Below are positions 25,026 through 38,664 of a stretch of DNA of 64,000 bases, piece by piece. Each line of letters opens with the position of its first letter. The stretch's first letter is position 1. Position numbers and translations under genes: made by a program. Under the pieces are notes generated by a model. It was not told the origin of the DNA, searched no databases, and was given only the letters and a program-made list of their open reading frames with translations. Source of the stretch: Octopus vulgaris (taxonomy: Eukaryota); contig OX597838.1 of assembly GCA_951406725.2 (NCBI GenBank), forward strand, positions 16,306,001 through 16,370,000, written 5' to 3'.

Positions 25026-25030
<5 letters not shown>
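24703..25030. mobile_element. (TA)n-embedded element with two tandem 59 bp hammerhead-like units (-) and one inverted unit (+)
   Basis: Exact 59 bp direct repeat starting at 24807 and 24866; inverted copy 24931-24993 reads agataa-ATGAAGA-gatg...catc-t-GAAA-ctcggag-TT-ttatct. Confidence 0.8.
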
Positions 25031-25061
<31 letters not shown>

Positions 25062-25169
25062 TTATCATCATCGTTTAACGTCCGCTTTCCATGCTAGCAT
25101 GAGTGGGAGGATTTGACTGAGGACTGGCGAACCAGATGGCTGCACTAGGGTCCAATCTTGATCTGGCAG

Positions 25170-25223
<54 letters not shown>

Positions 25224-25227
<4 letters not shown>

Positions 25228-25548
25228 TCAGTGGTTAGAGCGTCGAGCTTACGATCGTGAGGTTGTGAGCTCGAATCCCGGACCGGGCTGCGTGTTGTGT
25301 TCTTGAGCAAGGCACTTTATTTCACGTTGCTCCAGTTCACTCAGCTGTAGAAATGAGTTGCGACGTCACCGGTGCCAAGCTGTATCGACCTTTGTCTTTC
25401 CCTTGGATAACACTGGTGGCGTGGAGAGGGGAGGCTGGTATGCATGGGCGACTGCTGGTCTTCCATAAACAACCTTGCCCGGACTTGTGTCTAGGAGGGT
25501 AACTTTCTAGGTGCAATCCCATGGTCATTCATGACCGAAGGGGGTCTT
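25224..25548 (+). mobile_element. tRNA-derived SINE, family D (young)
   Basis: tggctcagtggttagagcg A-box, gctcgaatccc B-box; almost identical to 36161-36493. Confidence 0.92.
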
Positions 25549-25643
25549 AAAAAAATATATATATAGCAATAAGAAAATGGAGGGGATCAATAGGTGGTTC
25601 ATCAACTTTTAGACATTATATTATGTTAACTTATTTATTTATT

Positions 25644-25678
<35 letters not shown>

Positions 25679-25734
25679 CGTTTTTATATATCAGTAATTA
25701 TCACTTTAAATATTGATGATTTGACTCCAGTTCA

Positions 25735-25910
25735 TTATTATTCCTGGTATGTGGGTATGCTGGTTACTACCTGTAACCTTAGGTATTCATCCAGAAGCAA
25801 TCAATAGTCTTTCAAGCACCTAAAACCCTCCTGATAATCTTTGTTGTCCGTAAGAGGCAAACTTCCTGTAGAAGCTCCACAGGACATTCTATTCCAATCA
25901 CCTTCAACCA
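25735..25910 (-). mobile_element. R4/Dong-like 3' fragment in (TAA)n
   Basis: 25910-25812 translates WLKVIGIECPVELLQEVCLLRTTKIIRRVLGA*; TAA repeats flank it. Confidence 0.8.
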
Positions 25911-26974
25911 ATTATTATTAGTATTATCATTATTATTATTATCATTATTATTATTATCATTATTAATTATTATTATTATTATTATTGAGTGAGAGAGCAG
26001 TGCATGTCATCAATGTGACACTGGGGTAAAATATACAAAGTCCAGTATACCCATCATGACTACCTGTCAGATTATTATTATTTTTATTAGTATTATTATT
26101 ATTAAGGAAGTAAGCTAGTAGAATATTTATAACATCGAAAAAGGTGCTTTGCAGAATTTCTTTTGGCTCTTTATGCATGGATTCCAAGTTCTACTAGGGT
26201 CAACTTTGCCTTTCATCCTTTTGGGGGTCAAGTACAGAGTTGATGTAATCAACCAACACCCTTCCCTTAAACTGACTAGCCTGGTGCCTCAATCAGAAAT
26301 AATAATAATAATAATAATAACAACAATAATAATGAAATTATTATCATTATTATTATTATTATTATTTCTATTGCAGTGGATTGACAGAATCATTAGAGCA
26401 TCAGGCAAAATACCTTGCAGTATTTGTTGTGACCAGGTTCAGGGTGCAAGTCCAGGTGAAGTGGAATTTGTCTTTCAGATCACCGGTCTCAATAAAATAA
26501 ACTACCACAAAGCACTAGGACCACTGGCAGTGACTATCACCCCACTGCTCTGAAAAAATGTTGTTGGCCTTGAGCCAAAGTCAGTAAAACCGTCATCATC
26601 ATCAACATCATTACTATTCTCATTATTAAGGTGGCGAACTGACCGAACCATTAGCATGCTGGCTTTACGTTCTGAGTTCAAACTGCACCAAGGTCAACTC
26701 TGTCTTTCATTCTTCCGGGATCAATAAAATAAGTACCAGCTGAGTGCTGAGATTGATGTAATGGACTATCCCCCTCCCATAAAATTTCAGGCCTTGTGCC
26801 TGCAGTAGAAAGGATTATTATTATTATCATAATTATTATTATTATTATTATCATCATTAATGTTATTAATATTAATAAGGTGAAGCCCTAGAATCAGACG
26901 GTACTGTACTTAAGTCATTTTAATCACTTAAACCTCCTTCCTCACGCAAATCTTTCAATGAACATTCTATTGTA

Positions 26975-27012
<38 letters not shown>

Positions 27013-27699
27013 TACTACTACTACTACTACTACTATTATTGCAGTTGTTAATAATGATGCTGTAAAAAGCAATTTTTGTTATTAATTAACAATAATTATT
27101 TATTTCATACTGTCAATAATAATAATAATTATAATAATATTAATGTGTTTAACATTAACGTCGTAGACATTGTCAGGATTATCATCACCTTTATCACAGT
27201 CGACATTGTCATCAATATTTTTTCGACCATATTGATCATTTGGAAATTTTGTGACATTATTGGTACATTTACTTAAGCAAAATCACCAAAAAGGTTTTAA
27301 AAAAGGGGGACAGAAAAAGTGAGGAGAATAAAGAAAAGATACCCAAAAACCATCAGACGGAAAATCTATTCTTTTAGTCACGAGTATCAGCCTAACTATT
27401 GGAGTGCAATATCGACATCGTTTTATATCATTGAAAGAAATTTTGTTATAAATTAACACAAAAACATATTCATTACGATTCTTCTTTTCAGCATATATTA
27501 CACACACATACACACACACACACAAATAAATTCACAAACAATGGAATGAAACTAAAAGAAAATTCTATATTATGTTCTTATAATGTCATAACAAATGAAA
27601 TATCAAGCATTAAGAAAAAAAACCATTAAAAGATTCATATTATATTATATATAAAAGCATAAAACTATTTATTAGTAGTTCTTTTAGCTGTGTATCAAA

Positions 27700-27752
<53 letters not shown>

Positions 27753-27835
27753 AGGTCCCGGGTTGAGTTGGGGTTAACTACAGTAAATAAGGTACTCAAT
27801 ACATAGCAGAGTAAATTAATTTATTTTATAGAAGG

Positions 27836-27886
27836 AGCTTCTACAGGACTAGAACTGTTTCATTCAGATGAAATCTTCAGGAAGCT
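27836..27886 (-). ncRNA. Type I hammerhead ribozyme motif, near canonical
   Basis: agcttc-CTGAAGA-t-ttc(atct)gaa-t-GAAA-cag(ttctagtc)ctg-TA-gaagct: 6 bp stem I, full core, 3 bp stem II with a U-U closing mismatch, 4 bp stem III, GUA triplet; lies in a ~135 bp island (27753-27886) between (TG)n and (TA)n. Confidence 0.8.
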
Positions 27887-28502
27887 ATATATATATACAC
27901 ACACACATACAATCACACACACCATCTTTACTTGTGTAGAAGTCACAATATTTCATATTTGATTTTTTTAACTAAGAAAACAAGGGTGAAACATATATAA
28001 GGGGCAAAGCTATAAAACAATCAAAGGCAAAAATTTTGTATTAGAATCTCATTACAAAATTTTGTACTGAGATCTAATACAAAGTTAGGGGTGCAACTTA
28101 TACACAAATGTGAATCTATACATGAATAAATACTGTGTGTGTGTGTGTGCGAGATATCTCACCTGTTTGAAGAACTGAAGTCCTCCCAAAACTAGCATAT
28201 GAAACCAAAGTTTTGGGGAGTAAAAGACTGGTCTTAGTGACACTTGCCAGAAGTGTCTCTTGGCATGTAATTAACTATTCCTACGAAGCAAGTGAGGCAG
28301 GTGATGATGTTTGATTCAGCATCTTATCAATATGTTAAATGCTTTCTCCATCCTTTGAGAAAAGAAAAGAGAAGAAACAAAAAAAAATATATATAAAATT
28401 AATAAACTGAAGCAATGATATGTTTGGCTTATAATCAAAATGAAAATAAAGCATACAAATGCATGTATTACATATACAGCAAAAACATTATATGCGTGTA
28501 CG

Positions 28503-28546
<44 letters not shown>

Positions 28547-28664
28547 ACATGCACAAGACACATACATAGACATAATGGAAGTCAGCTTAACAGGGAGTAT
28601 GACTATTGCTTGATTTATATATGTATATATATATATATATATACACACACACAGTCTCCATCAG

Positions 28665-28734
<70 letters not shown>

Positions 28735-29016
28735 ATACATACATACAAACATGTACATTTGTGTATTTGAATATATATACACACATATACACACATATAT
28801 GTTCTACTATATACATTACCCAAAATATATACCTGTATATTCACGTATGTTTCAGTATGTACACTGACTGAGTAATCTAACCTTCATCAGTATAATAAAA
28901 TATAATGATAAGGAGCTAAAATTAATTGAATTTAGGTATATTCAACCACTCTTCCATCCCTGTATTTTTAATTAGTATCTCTACATATAGAGGTTGGTGT
29001 GTCTATGCATGTGTGA

Positions 29017-29071
<55 letters not shown>

Positions 29072-29229
29072 TATATATGTATATATATATATGTATGTAT
29101 GTATATATAATATTCATTCATACATCTATTGAGATATGACAATCTATAAGTATGCAAAGGTATAAATGTATACATACATATGTACAAATAAACACATACA
29201 TATAAATATACACATTCACAAAAACATAT

Positions 29230-29300
<71 letters not shown>

Positions 29301-29497
29301 ATATAGACACACATACATATACACATATTGACATATTTATATACACACATGTATGTATAAACACATTCATTTATATACATACAGGATACACTTGTATAAA
29401 TACACACACACATATATACACCCTAACATCTGTCTTCCTTTTAAATGTATGCATGAATATTTAGGTGGATGATATATATACATATATACACACATGC

Positions 29498-29520
29498 ATT
29501 CATATGTATATATAATGTGA

Positions 29521-29559
<39 letters not shown>

Positions 29560-29647
29560 ATATATACATACATTGATATGTATATATAATGTATGTATAT
29601 ATATATATATATCACATATACACATACATTGATATGTATATATAATG

Positions 29648-29683
<36 letters not shown>

Positions 29684-29912
29684 CATATACACATACATTG
29701 ATACGTATATATAATGTATGTATATATATATATATTCACATATACACATACATTGATACGTATATATAATGTATGTATATATATATATATATATTCACAT
29801 ATACACATACATTCATATGTATATATATATATATATATATACATATACACATACATTCATATGTATATATAATGTAAGTATATATATATATATATACACA
29901 TATACACATACA

Positions 29913-29946
<34 letters not shown>

Positions 29947-29960
29947 GTATGTATGTGTGT
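29498..29960. repeat. Microsatellite-derived minisatellite (~55-65 bp units)
   Basis: Repeated tcacatatacacatacattgata(c/t)gtatatataatgtatg(ta)n. Confidence 0.85.
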
Positions 29961-30164
29961 ATGTATGTATAGAGACATGTGTATGTAAGTCTCATTTTAT
30001 ATTTTAATTAAAACAATTAACATGAACCTGTTCTTTTGTTTTGTAAACTGAAGCAAAAATTCTCAATTTCATACAAGGAACAAAAAACAAAAAGAAAACA
30101 TTTTAAAATTAGGGTTCATCATTGCTACCCCAATAATAATAACAATAATGATAATGATAATAAC

Positions 30165-30199
<35 letters not shown>

Positions 30200-30283
30200 C
30201 AATGAAGATGACACGAACATCGACTTAGATACTGATAAAAACAATACAAATAAGTAGGAGAAAGGACAAAACAAGAAGCTTAC

Positions 30284-30337
30284 TGTCCAATTAAGTAAAA
30301 ATCTGTTGTAAGGTCAAATATCCATTGTTGTATGTAT

Positions 30338-30371
<34 letters not shown>

Positions 30372-30595
30372 TGGGGAGCGACAGAGAGAGAGAAAAAGGA
30401 AAAGGGAGACGGTGAAGGTGATGATTGTAAAATGCAGTGTTGCTTCAAAATGAAGAGGCTGTTATGGCAACCTCTGACGATGAAGATTCTAATACATTAC
30501 CACAGAAAATTATAATAAATAACGTCATAGGTTGTGAGTGGTGGCGCACGCATGCATCCTCACGCATACATAGAGACAACCGCGCACACACCCCC
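30284..30595 (-). promoter_or_regulatory. Promoter-like patch with X-box-like motif and downstream splice donor
   Basis: gctgttatggcaac (30458-30471) resembles the RFX X-box; local CpG cluster at 30520-30590; minus-strand donor ACA|GTAAGC after 30284. Confidence 0.25.
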
Positions 30596-30684
30596 TCATA
30601 TATTTATATATATATATATATAGCCACAAACATATGTATGCACACGACTAAGTGTGTATGTGTGTGTGAGCCGTACACACAGAC

Positions 30685-30738
<54 letters not shown>

Positions 30739-30819
30739 GTATATATTATATGTGCATATATATAGATCGCATATTGATGAAGAGAGAGAGAGAGGGAAAA
30801 GCAAGCAGCAGTATCTATT

Positions 30820-31668
30820 GATGGTGATGATGCTGATGATGATGATGGTAATGTAGGCAAGGAGGTACAGTAGCAGGGGGAGTTTATTGATTGCAGCAGG
30901 AGGGATGATCAACACGGTGGTTGTGGTGGTGGGGGAGATTGGGGGGGGGGGTGACAGTATAGAAATAATGGTGGCAATGGCAGAGGTAGTGGTGGCTATG
31001 ATTATCATCAATATCATCATTATCATTATTATCATCATTATTATTATTATTATTATCATTATTATCATTATTATTATTATCATTATTATTATTATTATCA
31101 TTATTATCATTATTATTATTATTATTAGTAGTAGTAGTAGTAGTAGCGATACTGGTAGATTTAGTAATTGTGGTAGTGGCTACAGTGATGGTGGTATTGA
31201 TATTGATGGTTGTACTAGTAGTATATATATGGTAGTAGTATATAGATGGTGGTGGTAGTATTTTTAACATTAGTAGTTCTAGTTGTGGTAGTGGCTATGT
31301 AAATGACAACAGTAGTAATAGTAGTAGTAGTAGTAGTGGTGGTAGTAGTGAGCAGTGGTGATTGTGGAATTGGTGGTTATAGCGAATGTAATATTGGTAG
31401 TGGTGGTGGTGGCAGTGATGTTATTGGTTAAGTCTAACACTGATGGCGTAGTTAGTGGTTATAGTAGTCATAATATTGACGATGATAATGATGATGATGA
31501 TGGCAGTGATGACGATGATGATGATGATGATTATGATGATGATGATGGCGGTGATGCTGCTAACAATGCTGGTGGTGGTGATGATGATGACAATGATGAT
31601 GGTGTTGATGGTGATGAAGGTAAAGGTGGCGATGGGGACAGTGATGGTGACAATGATGATGGTTGCAG

Positions 31669-31708
<40 letters not shown>

Positions 31709-32260
31709 AATGAAGGTAGTGATGGGGACGATGGTGGTGGCTGTGGTATTGATGATGAAGGCAGCACAGATGATGGCAGTGATAGATGCAGTAGTTGCGA
31801 TGGTGATGATGATGATGATGACGATGATGATGATGATGATAGCAAGATTAGTGATTTATTGTAGCTGTATTAGTAGTGCTAGTAGCAGTTATCGATGGTG
31901 GTGGTGGTGGTGGTATTAGTGACAGCAATATCAATGACTATATCAGTCGTGATGGACGTAGACGTACAGACTTATGTTAGTGGTGTTGGAAGAAGAGAAC
32001 GGGGAGGAGGAGGCGAAAGCCAAGGAAGCTGTAGTCACTGTAACAACATGTGGTAGGACAGTTGCGATGATGATGGTGTGGCATTCATCCTGGTCTATTG
32101 TAATAATAGTAGCAATAGTCATTAGTGTCGTAATAGTAATGATTGGTGATGGGAGAAAGTGGAATAGTAAGCTATAGTCTAATTGATGGTAATTATGGTA
32201 TTATTATTTATATTAGTAGTAGTAGTAACAGAAGCAGTAGAGGTGATAGTAGAGTTTCTA
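30820..32260. repeat. ~1.4 kb degenerate trinucleotide tract (GAT/GGT/AGT/ATT)
   Basis: Directly visible low complexity. Confidence 0.9.
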
Positions 32261-32266
32261 GTCTAG

Positions 32267-33932
<1,666 letters not shown>

Positions 33933-34027
33933 TATAGTTTAAGCAGTGGTGGTGATACTAATATTTCGACTAATCACAAATCTAACTGTAATGAAACATC
34001 ACATACAGATGCAGAAGTGTGCAGGCA

Positions 34028-34060
<33 letters not shown>

Positions 34061-34083
34061 CTATATATATATACACACAGACA

Positions 34084-34284
34084 CGAGGAGGGGTGCTGAA
34101 AAGTTCCTGGCTTTAAGGGTATCGTGAAAGGCCTTCCAAGTTCTTTTACAGGGCTTAGAAAAACTGAAGGACCCCCTGCTATAACTGTGTAAATCTAAGA
34201 TGGGGAACATGTTGAATAGGGTCATAATTAACTGACCCTCCTGTATTCTCTTTTGCCCAAAACTAGGAACTTTTCTCCTTCATG
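34084..34284 (+). mobile_element. mariner-derived MITE retaining the transposase C-terminal remnant
   Basis: cgaggagggtgctgaaaagttcctgg TIR versus ctaggaacttttc; internal gggcttagaaaaactgaaggac...tgttgaatag resembles the mariner end (GLEKL...YVE*). Confidence 0.65.
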
Positions 34285-35629
34285 TGTGTGTGTGTGCACA
34301 CACACGCATGCACATAGATACACACACACAGCTGAAATGTGCTCACATTTTAAACAGTTAAATCAATCAATACAAAAACAGAATAGGCAACAGAAATGTG
34401 TGCACACACGCACACACACACATATATACACACGCAATCACACAGACACACGAGCTATTTATCTACCCATATTTCAGACATCTTGATAGCATTCGGACAC
34501 CAGTGTTCTAGGTTATGTCTAAATCAACCTGTAGCTTCAACTATGCTTCATTAGATAACACATTCGTCAAGCTAATTTTCTTTGTACAGCGTTACCGTTT
34601 CAAAGGAATATGATTACGTGAAAATGGTTTGTCTGCAACAGATCGGTGATATTTGTCTATCAAACAAGCAGTTTAAAGGCTTTTGCGTATTTTCCCTCCA
34701 AGCTGGCCTAATTAGAATAAATACATTACCTGTTTTAAGGGAACATAATTCAGGTGAAAATGATTTATCTGTAACAGCAATTCACTTAAATCCAATATTT
34801 CTCACAGAGAAAGGCATCTTTTTTTTTTTTTTTTTTGCCCTTTCCAAGCCTAGCCAGGCTCATGAGCCAGGTTTCCCAGTTTCTGTGGCATATGTGTTCC
34901 CCCCAGCTGGACGGGACACCAGTCCATCGCAGAGAGAAAGGCATCACCATCACACAATCACATTTGAGTATTTAAACAAAGAAATCATTGTCTTTGTTGT
35001 TGTTATTTAGTCCCGAGCCAACCCTATGAATAAAGAATTTCCAGCCGTAACCAGTAATCTTGTTTCCAGGAACAGTATATCTAGGACTACATTATTCAAT
35101 GTGTTATTGGCATTTTATAACACAGCAGGTAGTGATTTGAAGGAAATGTGGCTGCTATTTCTAAATTAAAGGCTTCCTTGTTTTTATTAACACTATACTA
35201 TCAGGATTTTTGCATTGATTAGGCCAAATTTTCTCGACCATTTTTTACCTATGAACCCTTTGATTATTGTTGCATTCTTGGAGACCCCCTTGGACCAGTT
35301 AACATGTAAAACTAGTTTTAAAGATTTTTCAAAATTCCTATTTTGTTCATCACACATTAACTTGTGTAGGGTGAATTACGTAAAACATTTGAGGAGAACA
35401 AGATGTTTCTTGCAAATATATCTACAGTAAAATTTTTCCATGGACACTTAGTTTACTACTGTAGACCCCTAATTTACTATTATCCATGTGTGACCCCTAA
35501 AAATCTGATATGGACTTCTTGGAATCATATGCTGGAACACTGCCAGCGTAATCACCTTTCCAATGGCCATTCTTATGTGATCAGCTTTTGGTGAAAGAAG
35601 GAGTTCAATACTGCAACCCTCTCAAGTTT

Positions 35630-35864
35630 CTTATTTTTTTATTGCCCACAAGGGGCCAAACATAGAGGGGACAAACAAGGACAGACAAACGGATTAAGTC
35701 GATTACATCGACCCCAGTGCGTAACTGGTACTTAATTTATCGACCCCGAAAGGATGAAAGGCAAAGTCGACCTCGGTGGAATTTGAACTCAGAACGCAAG
35801 CGTTGGACAAAATATCACAAAGCATTTCGCCTAGCGTGCTAACGTTTCTGCCAGCTTGCCACCT
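35630..35864 (-). mobile_element. SINE family B
   Basis: Matches consensus. Confidence 0.9.
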
Positions 35865-35869
35865 TAACC

Positions 35870-36118
35870 CTCTTGAATTTCTTGCTGTGATATAGGTTCA
35901 TCTGGGACCTTGGATAGCAGAAGGTCAAGTTGTTTCTTGAAAACATCTACCCCTACTCCATGAAGATCCCTCAGATGTTTCAGTAAGGCATTCAATGGTG
36001 GTGGACCCTTGAATCCCAAGCTACTACAGAACATGACTCTCACTCTAGATGGGATAGCTGGGACCTTTGGAACAGTGCAGTGACATCCAGTTTGATGGGT
36101 AACATAGCTCTTGACAAT
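35870..36118 (-). mobile_element. CR1-like LINE ORF2 C-terminal fragment
   Basis: TGCHCTVPKVP...SSLGFKGPPPLNALLKHLRDLHGVGVDVFKKQLDLLLSKVPDEP fits the GP.LFN.LP...FK..LD.FL..VPDEP pattern of invertebrate CR1-group elements. Confidence 0.7.
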
Positions 36119-36160
36119 GAAGAACTTAGTAAAATAACTGTTGTTATTTGGAACATAAAT

Positions 36161-36493
36161 GAAGGCGCATAGCTCAGTGGTTAGAGCGTCGAGCTTACGA
36201 TCGTGAGGTTGTGAGCTCGAATCCCGGACCGGGCTGCGTGTTGTGTTCTTGAGCAAGGCACTTTATTTCACGTTGCTCCAGTTCACTCAGTTGTAGAAAT
36301 GAGTTGCGACGTCACAGGTGCCAAGCTGTATCGACCTTTGTCTTTCCCTTGGATAACACTGGTGGCGTGGAGAGGGGAGGCTGGTATGCATGGACGACTG
36401 CTGGTCTTCCATAAACAACCTTGCCCGGACTTGTGTCTAGGAGGGTAACTTTCTAGGTGCAATCCCATGGTCATTCATGACCGAAGGGGGTCT
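36161..36493 (+). mobile_element. SINE family D with 17 bp TSD
   Basis: TSD ttatttggaacataaat at 36144-36160 and 36494-36510. Confidence 0.95.
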
Positions 36494-36954
36494 TTATTTG
36501 GAACATAAATAAGAAATTTTAAAGGAAGGTTTTAAATTTTGAATACTTTAAAACAGGAAGTTTGTATCATAGAACCAGAAGCAGTCACAGGTAAGTTGGT
36601 ATTAAAAGAGTTAAACACACCTGTATAGGAAATTGTCAGACTCGTCCCTAATTTTCTCAGCAACTAGTACGACAAAAATGGTTTCTTATTCTTCAAGACA
36701 TTCTAGTTATAATTCCATCCCATTGCAAAAACTGACTAGTTGCACACTCAAGTCAATATGGAAGTTTGAATCTGCTAGAAATAGCAGCTAAATCTCCTTC
36801 AAGTCATAACCAGTCACTTAGGAAAAGAAAGAAAAGGTATACTGGATAACAGTCCTAAAACAGACAGCCAGAAATTAATATGGTGTGGTCATGGATGAAT
36901 GAATTGGTCGCATTTGAAACGCCTTTTATCAAAAGTCTGCCTATACAATAGTTC

Positions 36955-37427
36955 ACCGGGAGGACATGGGACAAAGTGGTGAGATAGGATCTTCGGACGC
37001 AGGGCCTCACTGAGAAAATTACAAGGGGGTGGGAGATGTGGTGATTTGCTGCACTTGATAAGACACATCAAGCTAAGTAAAATCACTGACATCCATACAT
37101 ACAGGCTGGTCCTTTCAGGTGTGGCGCCACTTAAAAGGCACCTGTGCCAGTGCTGCATTAATGCACCCATGCCAGTGCTGCATATATGCACCTGTGCCAG
37201 TGGCATGTAGAAAGCATCCAGCACACTCTTAAGTGATGGGCATTTGGAAGGAAAGCACTCAGCACACTCTTAAGTGAAGGCCATAGAAACCAACAGACAG
37301 TTGGAGCCTGGACAGCTCCATTCTAGCCAGCTCCATGTCAAACTGTCAAACCCATGCCAGTATGGAGTGTGGACATTAAATGATGATGATGATGATAATG
37401 ATGATGATGATAATGATGATGATGATG
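36955..37427 (+). mobile_element. RTE-clade LINE 3' end: ORF2 remnant plus family C 3' UTR and (GAT)n tail
   Basis: PGRTWDKVVR*DLRTQGLTEKITRGWEMW*FAALDKT continues directly into family C sequence. Confidence 0.8.
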
Positions 37428-37464
37428 TTAGCCAGAAAACCAGACAATAATATGCTTTCATTTT

Positions 37465-37735
37465 CTGGCTGGCTGGAGAGCTAGCTGATTAGCTGTTTAG
37501 TTGGTTGATTGATTAGCTAGATGGCTATTTGGTTGGTTAGCTAGCTAGCTAATTCATTGGTTTGTTGGTTAGCTAACTGGTCAGCAGGTTGGTTGATTGA
37601 CTAACTGACCAATTGGTTGGTTGGCCCTTTCATTGGCTGGATGGATGGATGGATGGAATGATGGATGGATGGTTGGTTGGCTAACTAACTGGTCAGCAGG
37701 CTAGCTAACTGGCTGGTTGCTTGGTTGATTGGCTA
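37465..37735. repeat. Degenerate tetranucleotide tract (GGTT/GGCT/GGAT/AGCT)
   Basis: Directly visible. Confidence 0.85.
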
Positions 37736-38326
37736 TTAAGCACAGTTCTTCTTTCTCGAATCAACAAGGAAATCCCTAATTGGTCGCTCACCCTTCAAGA
37801 AAGAGCAGTCACAAAAATCTCGCTCAAACCACCTTACCTTCAACAAAACAAAGAGGGCACACATTGTATAATTTAACCCTAAATACACTATACTTGAAGT
37901 AAGAAAACAGAGAGGATGGTCATGCCTGGAGTGCCTGTGATCTTAGGTCTGTTTGGTCAGAGCTGCCCTGAAGGCATACAATAACAATAACCTGTTTTAT
38001 TTGCAATCTACTGCTCACCCACCATACTGTCTGTTTGCTTTCTAGCTCTGACGTCAAACATTAAATGTAAACATTCTCAAAACCACTGTCCTGTAGAAGT
38101 TTGGTTTTATTTTCTCCTTTTCATTATTTTTTCTCTCCTTTTCTTCAACAAAAATAATTCTTTTTTTTTCTTTTGTAATCTTTTCCTTTACATAATTTTC
38201 AGAGCACCAAAACTCATCTCCTATCGACATGTAGAATAGAGTGTATTCGTGTACAAAACACGAAAATTTATTTGCGTGATCATGATTTCATGCAAATGAA
38301 ATCTAGTGTAATCATTGGCATCTAGT

Positions 38327-38660
38327 GAAGGCCCATGGCTCAGTGGTTAGAGCATCAAGCTTATGATCATGAGGTAGTGAGTTCAATTCCTGGACCGGGC
38401 TGTGTTTCGTATTCTTGAGCAAGGCACTTTATTTCACATTGCTCCAGTTTACTCAGCTGTAGAAATGAGTTGCGACATCACTGGTACCAAGCTGTATCAG
38501 CCCCTTTGCCTTTCTCTTGGATAACATCAGTGGTATGGAGAGGGGAGACTAATATGAATGGGAAACTGTTGGTTTTCTATAAACAACCTTGCCCAGACTT
38601 GTGCCTAGGAGGGGAAGTTTCTGGATGCAATCCCATGGTTATTCATGATCAAAGGGGGGA
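38327..38660 (+). mobile_element. Older SINE family D copy
   Basis: Diverged match to 36161-36493. Confidence 0.85.
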
Positions 38661-38664
38661 TATA

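Noticed and set aside
25224-25300. tRNA gene
   Set aside because: A/B boxes run on into a SINE body present in several copies; the same holds for family A, B and V-like heads.
30884-31919. Asp/Gly-, Met-, Ile- and Ser-rich ORFs
   Set aside because: Degenerate trinucleotide tract open in several frames on both strands; no convincing splice context.
34590-34768. Micro-exon candidates on both strands
   Set aside because: Each has one weak splice site, and they conflict in orientation.
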